Of a stretch of 64,000 nt of DNA, positions 54,590 through 64,000 are shown one piece after another (the stretch's first letter is position 1; each line of letters starts with the position of its first letter). Under the pieces are notes generated by a model. It worked only from the letters and a program-made list of their open reading frames with translations. It ran no database searches and had not been told where the DNA came from. The translations under genes and the position numbers were made by a program. Source of the DNA: an uncultured Nitrososphaerales archaeon (GTDB lineage Archaea > Thermoproteota > Nitrososphaeria > Nitrososphaerales > Nitrososphaeraceae); the NCBI GenBank assembly GCA_963713605.1, contig CAVQMO010000003.1:128001-192000 (forward strand), given 5' to 3'.

Positions 54590-56098
54590 TCAGTGATATT
54601 TATATTCAGAACAATCATCAACATATCTTCGTTTAACGATCATCTTCATTCCATATTTTGGTCGTAATGTGATTAGTGGGCTAAGTACCACAGGATGCTC
54701 GGGTAAGAGCTCTAATTTCCAATATCTTAATAATGTTACTAATAGCAGAATTCCCTCCATCCAAGCCAATGGTTCACCCATGCACACTCTAGATCCTCCT
54801 CCAAATGGAAAAAAAGCAAATTTGGGCAAATTAGATTTCATCTCGGAGCTCCAACGTTCAGGAACAAATTCGGTAGGGTCAGCAAAAAAGCGGGGATCAC
54901 GATGAGTTATGTATTGGCTCATAATCACAACTGAGCCTGGAGGTATTGTGTAATCACCTATCACTACACTATCAATAGCTTCCCTGCCTATTGCCCATGC
55001 CGGAGGATACAATCGCAACGATTCTGTAAAGACATTACGTAAATACTGAAATTTCGGTATGTCCTCCACAGCTGGACGCCTTTTATTCTCTAGCACCTGC
55101 TTTATCTCTTCGATGATTTTGTCTTCTACCTGAGGATTCTGAGAGATGAGATACAATGTCCATGTTAAAGCATTAGCTGTCGTTTCATGGCCTGCAAGGA
55201 ATAATGTCATGATTTCATCTCTAAGCTGTTGTGCAGTCATAGATGTAGTGGTTTTGTCAGATCCAATCGTCCCTCTTCTTGTATCGAGAAGGAGCAATGT
55301 GGAAAGAAGATCTCTTGGGCTATCTCTATCCTTTGCAGCAAGGCCATTTAAAGACCATTTGTCAATGTCATCATCTCTTGAATCCGATTGCATTAGTTTC
55401 TGTCTTGCTTCTTGTATATTTGCGAAAATTAATGAATCAAGGCGTTGCTTTGCAGCATGAAACTTCCTAGTGCTCGCAAGGGGCAGTTTTTCTATCATGT
55501 TACCTAAGTAGGGTAGTCTAAGATGATTGAAATATCCTACCAATATTGTTACATCATGAATAATCCCTGTAGCTATATTTGAATCAATGCTTGAACCAAA
55601 AAGTACATTACTGATTATAGATACCGTAAGCTTAGTCATTTCCTGATGAACATCGACCGTCATTTCTACATCTTTTGGTACTAGTGCTTTTCTCCACTTT
55701 TCGCACACGTCTTCTCCACAGGAGGTTATTAATTCGGCATACATCGAAATATGGCTATGATCGAAGGCTGGTTGTATCAGTCCCCGTTGTTGCTTGTGAT
55801 ACTCTCCTTCGCTGGTAAGCAACCCATTTCCAATTATACGCTTCGTTAGGCGAAGGCCCGGGTTTTTGATGAATTTGGATTGATTAATCATCAATACACT
55901 TTGAATGTAGTCGGGGTGGTTAACGAAATAGATACCTTGACGACCAAACTTAAAATACGAGATATCACCATATACTGTTGTTAGATCGTTTAAAACAGCT
56001 AGAGGGGCCTTTAGAAATTGTAAACCAAGTAGATAAGGAAATTTGAATTTGGGACCAGGCGGACGCTCAAATTGAAATCCAGGGGCTGTTGTTGTCAT
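54590..56098 (-). CDS. Cytochrome P450
   Basis: AGHETT, ESLR, PERW, FGGGSRVCMG heme-thiolate motif. Confidence 0.95.
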   Translation of the reverse strand: MTTTAPGFQFERPPGPKFKFPYLLGLQFLKAPLAVLNDLTTVYGDISYFKFGRQGIYFVNHPDYIQSVLMINQSKFIKNPGLRLTKRIIGNGLLTSEGEYHKQQRGLIQPAFDHSHISMYAELITSCGEDVCEKWRKALVPKDVEMTVDVHQEMTKLTVSIISNVLFGSSIDSNIATGIIHDVTILVGYFNHLRLPYLGNMIEKLPLASTRKFHAAKQRLDSLIFANIQEARQKLMQSDSRDDDIDKWSLNGLAAKDRDSPRDLLSTLLLLDTRRGTIGSDKTTTSMTAQQLRDEIMTLFLAGHETTANALTWTLYLISQNPQVEDKIIEEIKQVLENKRRPAVEDIPKFQYLRNVFTESLRLYPPAWAIGREAIDSVVIGDYTIPPGSVVIMSQYITHRDPRFFADPTEFVPERWSSEMKSNLPKFAFFPFGGGSRVCMGEPLAWMEGILLLVTLLRYWKLELLPEHPVVLSPLITLRPKYGMKMIVKRRYVDDCSEYKYH

Positions 56099-56583
56099 TA
56101 GCCATTCTACGTATGTGCTATCATAGGTATATGTATATAAACCAAATCATGTATATCCTTCATTACGTCAGAATAGAGAGTTTATCCAGTACCTTCATAG
56201 GCATATATTCTTGAAATTCTGTGGATAGAGTCTGTTTAATATGAAACCTAAAAAAACTGACTATAAATACATTATTAAAAGTAATATAAATAGTAACAGA
56301 AAAAATAATGCTGATGACAGCGTTACTGTGGATCAGGAAATCATAAGTAGAAATGACCTATAAGGGACTGATGGAATTCGTAACGGGCAGTCAGTCACCA
56401 ACATTACTTCGCATTGAATTCCTGACATTGTACAATTATGTGACATAGATTGTGCTACACTACGTAAGCATGTGGCGGATGGCAAAAATCGATATTGAAT
56501 CAGGCTGGCAATGTAGTTAATATTAATATATAACCATTGTATCGGAAGTTGGCGCTGTACTTTCAGTAAGGAATAATATATGT

Positions 56584-56697
56584 ATGGCAAGCACTGGACT
56601 TGATACGTTTGATAAAATAATTCATAAAACGAATACACTTTTGAGGCGTATAGAAATAGAGCTGGGTTGGAAGAAGGACCGAAATCTATCGCACTAG
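56584..56697 (+). pseudogene. DUF2267-like N-terminal fragment
   Basis: MASTGLDTFDKIIHKTNTLLRRIEIELGWKKDRNLSH*. Confidence 0.65.
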
Positions 56698-56809
56698 ATC
56701 TACCATTAATTCTGAAACAATTGGAACGAAAGGAGGCGAGTATATGAAAGTAATACTGAACAAACGGGCATTTGAGCATGCGAAACAACTAGTAGAAAAA
56801 GGAAGCTAT

Positions 56810-57168
56810 ATTCCAGGAGGTTTTGTGAACATAGGAGAAACGATCGAGGATGCGGCAAGATCTGAAGTTAAAGAGGAAGTAGTTTGGATACAGAGCTGAC
56901 TGATATTTTAGGTGTCTATTCTCATCCTAAAAGGGATCCAAGATGACGTATGATATCAACTGTATTCATAGGACAGGTTCCATCTGATGAGAACGCGAAA
57001 AATAAGGCGATAGATCAAGATGATGCGTTAGGATTAGAGTGGATAGACTTACACATGGCCAGTAACAAAAGCCTTGCCTTCGATCACAGAAATATACTCT
57101 CACATTATAAAAAATGGAGGTTGAGGGGACTTTTTGGTCATCAAAGAAATAAAATACAAATGAGCTGA
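56810..57168 (+). pseudogene. NUDIX hydrolase pseudogene lacking its N-terminus
   Basis: PGGFVNIGETIEDAARSEVKEE / LGVYSHPKRDPR* ... LAFDHRNIL; one frameshift and one stop. Confidence 0.85.
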
Positions 57169-57446
57169 CCCTCATTTACAGATATATATTAATTTTGACG
57201 ACTTTATCATTGATTTGGACTCAGAACTAAGTGGAAGAGATAAGGAATTCTAAACCTTATTACAACTGCGGTCTTTCCTAGACTATTTACTCATATTATA
57301 TACTACTCTCATAGAATAGACTCGTAACGATCGACAATAAGATCCCTCTAGTTTGAAGATCATATTAGCGTCCCATCACAAGTGATACTCTTTGATAAAG
57401 CAACAAGAATCCATAATCATTTCAATACACAATTATATACTTATAT

Positions 57447-58838
57447 ATGGCAGTTCTTTTTGCATTAGTATTGCATCTTTTACGTCGGCTATCGGCAGTT
57501 CGGACACAGTTTCTCATAGTGGTACTTCTATTCTTTATACCTTTTATTTATGGCGGTACCCAGGAAAGCATCCAGGGAGTAGATGACAATTCACTTAAAT
57601 CTAAGAAGCAAAATATCACGCTCACCGCCCTACTTGAAGATCAGGGCGACCCAACAAGGTGGAAATCGTTAATTGAGCCAGCGATGCAGAAGCTCATGGA
57701 ACGGCATCCCGATTTAGATATCGAAATTAACTACACAACATCCCCGTATAACGTGACTAGACTCAATATATTGTCTGCTCTTGAAGCCAATGCTCCTGTC
57801 GACCTTATTACCATCGACCAAATTTGGTTGGGGGAATTCGCAGGAAAAGGATTGCTCTCCGATCTCTCCAATTTCACTGAAACTTGGGGTCGTCAATCGG
57901 ATTGGTATCAAGCAAACTGGGACGGCGGAGTATACCAAGATAAGGTTTACGGTATGTGGGCGTGGACTGACGTACGAGGTATCTGGTACTGGAAGGACAT
58001 GCTAAAGGAATCCGGAGTTGACCCGCGATCTCTAATGACGTGGGAAGGCTATATTGATGCTGCAAGGAAGTTGAATTCAGTCCTTAGACCTCATGGTATC
58101 GAAGGTGTTCACTTAACTGGAGCAGGTCACTCTCCTGATCTATGGTACCCTTATCTTTGGATGTTAGGAGGTGAAATCGTATCCATTAAGCAAGGGCATC
58201 CTACTAAGGGGTCCTACTGGTATCCATCGTTTAATGGCACCGAAGGTGTGCGAGCTCTCAATTTCATAGAGGAACAGATAGATGCAGGAATATTGCCTCA
58301 GAAAGATCATTTTTGGGGGGAAGAGTTCCTCGACAGGAAATTCGCAGTAATGATAGAAGCCTTACAGCATCACGTACCGATAACTACCCCTCTGAACCGA
58401 ACTCACTTTGAACAAAATGTGGGGTTCATTCCCATGTTCCCGGTTCCGGACGAAAGCACTCAAACATCCACGTTAATGGGAGGATGGGAGTTTGGGGTAC
58501 CTGTGACGTCTGCTCATAAGGACCTGACATGGGAACTGATAACCATCATGCTAGAACCACAAATACTTGGACCATATTTGACAAAACATGCAAACATGCC
58601 TACCCAGATCCCTATCGGTGAGGGTCAATATTCCTTGGAACCTAGGAAAGTCGTACCTTATTATGATCAATTGGTGTCCATGATACCTAACGGAGGTACC
58701 AGGCCAAGCATTCCAGAATACCCCCAAATGGCTGAGTTCATCAAAGAAGCATTAGACGCAGTTTACTACGGCACTGTGAGTCCGAAGGAAGCTTTGGATG
58801 ATGCTGCAGAAAAATCAGCCAAGGCATTAGGCTGGTAG
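57447..58838 (+). CDS. Sugar-type ABC substrate-binding protein (orphan)
   Basis: DLITIDQIWLGEFA.KGLLSDL, YWKDMLKESG, TWEGYIDAARKL, GGWEFGV, PKEALDDAA. Confidence 0.9.
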   Translation: MAVLFALVLHLLRRLSAVRTQFLIVVLLFFIPFIYGGTQESIQGVDDNSLKSKKQNITLTALLEDQGDPTRWKSLIEPAMQKLMERHPDLDIEINYTTSPYNVTRLNILSALEANAPVDLITIDQIWLGEFAGKGLLSDLSNFTETWGRQSDWYQANWDGGVYQDKVYGMWAWTDVRGIWYWKDMLKESGVDPRSLMTWEGYIDAARKLNSVLRPHGIEGVHLTGAGHSPDLWYPYLWMLGGEIVSIKQGHPTKGSYWYPSFNGTEGVRALNFIEEQIDAGILPQKDHFWGEEFLDRKFAVMIEALQHHVPITTPLNRTHFEQNVGFIPMFPVPDESTQTSTLMGGWEFGVPVTSAHKDLTWELITIMLEPQILGPYLTKHANMPTQIPIGEGQYSLEPRKVVPYYDQLVSMIPNGGTRPSIPEYPQMAEFIKEALDAVYYGTVSPKEALDDAAEKSAKALGW

Positions 58839-59095
58839 GGATTACGCTTCAATTTTATCTTACAGGTACTGAATTGATTACTGGGATTGTTATGATATTA
58901 TCTGATATAAACATGCAAAGTTCGTGACAAGATTACTGCGTTTATTTTCTATGAGTTTACTCATGCGCAGCCACTCTGATAGATCTAAGTTATTTAGTAC
59001 ATTTAAGAATTTAATTCGATAGTGGTGATCAATTATTCTACTTTAATAAATCGAAATCTTCCGTAACCTGTATAAATATATCATAAGATGACTAT

Positions 59096-60341
59096 ATGAA
59101 TATTAAAAAACCAAAAATGACTTCGACTATTGTAATACTGGCGGCAGCGGCTTTTGCATTATCCATCACATTCAGTCAGTCAGTCAGTGCCACAATAACT
59201 GACTTGCCCTCCTCTTCTGATACAAGTGAGTCTTCATCTTCACCAAATGCTACTCCGAAGTGTGTTACCTTTAATTCTGAGGAGAGAATGATTGCAATCA
59301 ATTGCAAGACTACTAGTTTAACACAGATTGATAGCCAACTTAAAAATCCAGACGTAATACATAAAGACAACGCTTCAGATAAAGGGTGGATATTAAATGT
59401 AGGAATAACCGTAGCAGAAGGCGCAACTCTTTACATTAATTCTAGCGATACTTCATGGCTCAAAATATTAGCAGATGAAGAAACCGCATATCCAATACAC
59501 GTTTCTGGCGGCTTAAAGATTGATTCCGTAAAGATAACTTCATGGAATCCCAATACAAATAACTACACATCAAGTTTAGACTCCCAAAGAGATGGAGAGG
59601 ATGTCCAGATCGGTACTCCAAGACCCTACATTATAGTTGATGATGATGCAACGGGGACAACTGATATTACAAATTCAGAACTGGCCTTCCTTGGATATGA
59701 ATCAGGATACGGGGGAGGTCTGTACCGGACTTAGATACGAAGGCGGTGATGGCAGTCTGGTAAAAGGAAACGATATTCATGATTTGTACTTTGGTTTCTA
59801 CTCTAAGGGCGTTGGTGGTATTAAAATAGAGAACAACTATGTGCATGATAATATTCATTACGGACTAGATCCACATACTGGAACTCATGACATGCTTATT
59901 AAGAATAATTCGGTACATGACAATGGTGGTATCGGAATCATTTGTTCATTAGACTGCAACAACATAACTATAGAAAATAATGTGGTATACAACAATACCA
60001 AGATGGGTATAATGTTTAGCCGAAATATGACCGATTCCGTTGCCAGAAATAATACTGTTAGCAACGAAGACCGAGGAATTGTTATTTCTGAATCTAGAAA
60101 CAATAAGATTTACAATAACACCGTTTCAGATAGTGAAAGTGGTATTGATTTGGATGAGGATTCTTTCAGTAACAACATTCATGACAATATCATTATGGAT
60201 ATAGCCGATCCAGAAGACGCGTTGGGTGTGGAGGAAGGTGCTGGAGAACATAACGCCCTGTTTTCAAATGTTCTTCTAGATTCGAGCAATGGATTGAAGA
60301 TAGATCTAGATCAAACCCCATTAAATATCACTAGTGATTAG
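59096..60341 (+). CDS. Secreted beta-helix protein resembling AlgG mannuronan C5-epimerase, +1 frameshift near 59720
   Basis: SELAFLGY, LYFGFYS, NIHYGLDPH, repeated I.NN.V..N..GI units. Confidence 0.8.
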
Positions 60342-60448
60342 CAAGAATAATTCCACCCGTTGATTACACATTCAATCAGTGAGTAGATAACTTAGTTAGT
60401 CTATAGTTATATACGTACTCTGCCTCTTAATTAAGATGATGAATAGGT

Positions 60449-60709
60449 TTGAGAAACATCAATCTCGATTCACAGTATCAGCGACGGTTACAATCTTCAA
60501 ACGCCAGAATTAGTTTTACACAATTATCGATTCATGAAGTACTTGATGCACCGCTAATAACAAAGAGGCAGAGCTTAATCCAGACTCAAATAGCCTTTTT
60601 GTTATGTAAATCCTGTTACTGGTGTTTGTCATTGTTGGATTTACATGTTCAGATTGAACTCTGTCCTGTCTGTAAGGGCGCAAACCTCGTACGAATGCCA
60701 ATTTTCTGA
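60449..60709 (+). CDS. Small zinc-ribbon protein
   Basis: FLLCKSCYWCLS...CPVC...MPI; start uncertain. Confidence 0.7.
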   Translation: MRNINLDSQYQRRLQSSNARISFTQLSIHEVLDAPLITKRQSLIQTQIAFLLCKSCYWCLSLLDLHVQIELCPVCKGANLVRMPIF

Positions 60710-61147
60710 AACCGTACGTTTCCCTCTAATGACAGCTAACGACCCTCAGAATTAAAAAGTATGGTTGGAAGAATCAAATACAAGAGTGACTTGATGAATC
60801 TTATAGTCATTGTCAGGAATGGATGCAGATGCTCTGCTGCCTCAAAGTTTACGTAGAACTAGGCAAAAACCTCAGAGGATTCTTTTTCTAATCCCCTTCC
60901 ACATCCAATCTTTTACTGAAGAATTATAGAACAAGCTTCCGCTGAGATAATAAAATTAAGGAAAACTAAACTGAAACCAGTTTACTCAGACACAGCAACT
61001 GCCTTTTCCACGAGCAGGGTAATATTATCCGAGCCATATACCTGTTGTCCGCTTTCCTTCTTCATAGAGCCGCAACTAAATCCACAAAGGATGCGTGCCT
61101 TAAGTCAAATGCTTATACAGGATTTTCTGAAACAGGTCATGACATGG

Positions 61148-61381
61148 TCATTTAATATGCAACATCTTTCTCAAGCGAGATGACTTCTTTGGAGAAGTAT
61201 TATTGTTGTTGTCACCGTAAGGATTGGCATTGGGTTTAATTATTTCATATGATCCATCAATATATTTTGTTACGATTATTTCACAATAACCGCATTCGTA
61301 TCTTTTAGTTGGGGGATCATGAAGGATAGATCCATTCTTCCAAACCATTAGAGCACCACAGTTAGGACAATACATAGTCAT
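61148..61381 (-). CDS. Small zinc-ribbon protein
   Basis: YCPNCG...YECGYC. Confidence 0.7.
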   Translation of the reverse strand: MTMYCPNCGALMVWKNGSILHDPPTKRYECGYCEIIVTKYIDGSYEIIKPNANPYGDNNNNTSPKKSSRLRKMLHIK

Positions 61382-61614
61382 GAGATGTACCACAATGGCA
61401 TATTCTCCTTATTAAGTACTCCATTAACAGTCCGTTGTAAAGTGTGCATTCAGATTTAATGAGAATTCAAAATAAAATTCTGAGAGTGAGACATTCCCTT
61501 CAATTATACGCCACCTAATTCATTACAAAATTACTCCGATGCTTCTCTTTTTTTCTGACCGTCTTCGGTGGTGTTGTGGCTAGTTGGAGTGTCGTCTTGA
61601 TTGTCGAATGCCTG

Positions 61615-61902
61615 CTATGGGGTAAGAAGACCAATCTGAGATAACAAAGATACATGGTCCCAATAAATGGGCTCATGGAGTATTTTGCTACCTTTAAATT
61701 TCACCACAACGACGTGAGGTATTTCAACATACCTGCCAGTTGGAAGTACACCAGGTAACATTAAATCATTTTTTAGATCGTGAGTAAATTTTGAAATAAG
61801 TTCATCTACAACTTGATCTTTGCCTACTGACCGTGAAATACGTTCAAGTTTGGTATCTTTTGGCATTTTGCCAATAAGGTGCTTTTTGTAAAAATTATAC
61901 AC
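61615..61902 (-). pseudogene. SnoaL-like ester cyclase, 5'-truncated
   Basis: ISRSVGKDQVVDE...FTHD...MLPGVLPTGRYVEIP...HEPIYWD; N-terminus is absent. Confidence 0.75.
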
Positions 61903-62430
61903 CTGACGAGATACAAAAAATACACTTAAAACAAAGGGAAAGTATAATATGGATATTGAAAAAAGAAGTGCTTAAATTTATCTTGGCCATTTCTGGATTT
62001 TTCGCTCTATTTGGGATAGGGTACTTTCTAAATCAATATTTTCGCTTTGGGTCTTGATAACCCCAAAAAGCAGAACCAATTATTTTGACTCTACGCCTGT
62101 TTTCGTTCCTATTCACTTGATTCAGTGAGCTAACACCACCCCATTAAACGGACTTGCCTTCATCTCATCGGATGGCAATTGTTCAAGCCTATGATTGATG
62201 AACGAATTAATGAATGTACAACCTTCAATCACTTTTGCGTATCCATTGGATAAGCCGTAACTGGGTGTGAATGCATGAATGAACTCGACAACCGGTAGAT
62301 ATCCGGAGTAAATTCTTGAAAGAATATTCGTAAGGTACCAGGCCGGATGAATCTTGCATGGCCTCTCCTATCTTCCGATCCCAGACGCTTGATTAACTTA
62401 CCAGCTTTCAAGAAATCCTTCGTTTGCTGT

Positions 62431-63093
62431 TCATTTAAGGGCCATTGCTCTTGCTCTTGATCTTGCTCTCCTTCTTTTTAAGAAAGTTATTATAATGATA
62501 GCAACACCCACTACGAATGGTACAAATACAATAGCCATAGCATTAGCAACTGTTCCCATAATGCTGCCGAATATCCTTTCAATAACACTGCCATGGATAA
62601 CCGCCAAAACAATCTCTTGCCCCGGCTCCTTCTGCTGACCTTGAACAGCAGGATATGATGCTGATAGCTCGTATATTCCAGGTTCATCTATATCGAAATC
62701 AAAAAGTCCAATTCCTGACCGACTTCCTATGCTATAACTGCTATTTGTAGATGCACTAGAAAGTGGGATTTCATCCCCCGTGCCTCTTGATACGATATTG
62801 ACTATAATACCTGGTATATTCTCACCAGTAGAATATATCCTATTTCCTACATTAGATCGGTATTCATAGAATATCGTATATTTTCCAGTTTGCTGAAGTG
62901 TAATATTACTAGAGCCCGGCACTACTACCTGTGTTGATTGTATATCTGCTGCCATATTACCTAGGTTCGAAAATACAGACGAGAATAAGATTATACTAGA
63001 TACTACGGGTCCTACTATGAGGATAACAATACCTATTACATAAAACCATCTGCTTGGCTTTAACTTTTCCGGGGAATTGCTCGTCTTCAGCAA
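62431..63093 (-). CDS. Two-TM membrane protein with extracellular beta domain
   Basis: TM helices at both ends and a basic C-terminal tail (KRRRARSRAR). Confidence 0.8.
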   Translation of the reverse strand: MLKTSNSPEKLKPSRWFYVIGIVILIVGPVVSSIILFSSVFSNLGNMAADIQSTQVVVPGSSNITLQQTGKYTIFYEYRSNVGNRIYSTGENIPGIIVNIVSRGTGDEIPLSSASTNSSYSIGSRSGIGLFDFDIDEPGIYELSASYPAVQGQQKEPGQEIVLAVIHGSVIERIFGSIMGTVANAMAIVFVPFVVGVAIIIITFLKRRRARSRARAMALK

Positions 63094-63842
63094 TTCTAAT
63101 TCATAACTCTAGTATATCTCTTTTATGCAAATTTGATCGAAAAGCATAAAGATATGATATTCTAGATGATGCATAAAACGAGTTCACATATGCATAAAAG
63201 TCTACCTTCGAAAATTGTTAAAGATTCAAACGATCTAACTGCTACTACGTTAAAGAGGGAAAACATTAAGGTAAAAAATAATAGCAATAATGGTAATATT
63301 ACCACCGAGGATGCCAACAAAGCAATTCGACTTGATTTGCCAGGGAGGGTTGCGGTGTTAGATATTGCAAGAGAAAATCGATTAGCCAAGGAAATTGTTT
63401 CCTAAGGGGTTCTCACATCTTAGATAAGAATAGAATTCATTACAGAACAAATGAGTGCCGGAACATCAAACACATTCTTCAAATAGGTAAATCACTATAT
63501 CCTAAGTGGAAACAAGACCGGTGAACGAGTGTCAAGTGCTTGGCTCTATGAATTCAAAGAAATAAGTTACACAATGCTACCTGAATAAAGCCAAAGATTT
63601 TTGCGAGTAATATTTTGAAAGAGATGGAGGTTAGTGACAATAATGATTTCAGTTTTCTGTTGTAAACGAATTAAGACTATCGCATATCTTATCGTATTGT
63701 CAGATAATAGATTTGTAGCACCTCCTATGTGGCCCAATTTATTATTTAGGGTCAGGACCAGCACACTCTCCCTCTACTTGATGTATTTCATACATTATAT
63801 TCCAAATCATTTCCCAATTTTGCATGGGACGAAATTATCTAA

Positions 63843-64000
63843 ATGGATCGTGAAGCAGTAGCGAAGGTTGAATCTGGAGCCTATGAAGAATACAAAGAAT
63901 TCAATGGAAGAAAATACACTGGTATGAGAGTGGGAGGAAGTCACAAATGGTATTATGACAAAGGCACCTGGAGCGAGAAAAAGATCACACCAGATAAATG
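63843..64000 (+). CDS. Conserved hypothetical protein, runs off window end (not in ORF track)
   Basis: MDREAVAKVESGAYEEYKEFNGRKYTGMRVGGSHKWYYDKGTWSEKKITPDK, open to the edge. Confidence 0.7.
   Translation, partial: MDREAVAKVESGAYEEYKEFNGRKYTGMRVGGSHKWYYDKGTWSEKKITPDK

Noticed and set aside
11344..59720. Programmed ribosomal frameshifting at the split genes
   Set aside because: No slippery heptamers or shared stimulatory structure; unrelated gene families; error or mutation is simpler.

Overview
AT-rich archaeal DNA, most consistent with a soil ammonia-oxidising archaeon of the Nitrososphaeraceae. This is inferred from protein families: small Cys-rich zinc-ribbon proteins, MEDS and RHH regulators, BNR-repeat and beta-helix secreted proteins rich in N-x-S/T sequons, and a UbiD-family enzyme resembling the archaeal mevalonate-pathway decarboxylase. 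The window is accessory chromosome; I found no rRNA, tRNA, CRISPR array or intact mobile element. It holds about 35 intact genes: secreted hydrolases and repeat proteins, a sensor kinase, regulators, transporters, a membrane/Zn-finger/NDH-2 fusion, a cytochrome P450 and an orphan DNA methyltransferase. Seven otherwise intact genes are broken only by single-base insertions (probably sequencing error), and at least 15 decayed gene fragments lie in apparent intergenic DNA. The strongest lead is a dispersed four-member family of small secreted, two-Cys, Q/N/S-rich peptides (consensus SQxNxCGNxxxPLNVxCxNxxSQ(I/V)QGD). One copy is absent from the ORF track, and three copies share an upstream motif 71-72 bp before the ATG. 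They are candidate chaplin/curli-like archaeal surface-fibre subunits. Other leads: a divergent RHH regulator pair with a tandem-MEDS sensor and repeated ATTGC boxes, an AlgG-like epimerase, a Met-rich putative copper protein and several structured intergenic segments. All functional calls come from motif recognition, without database searches.
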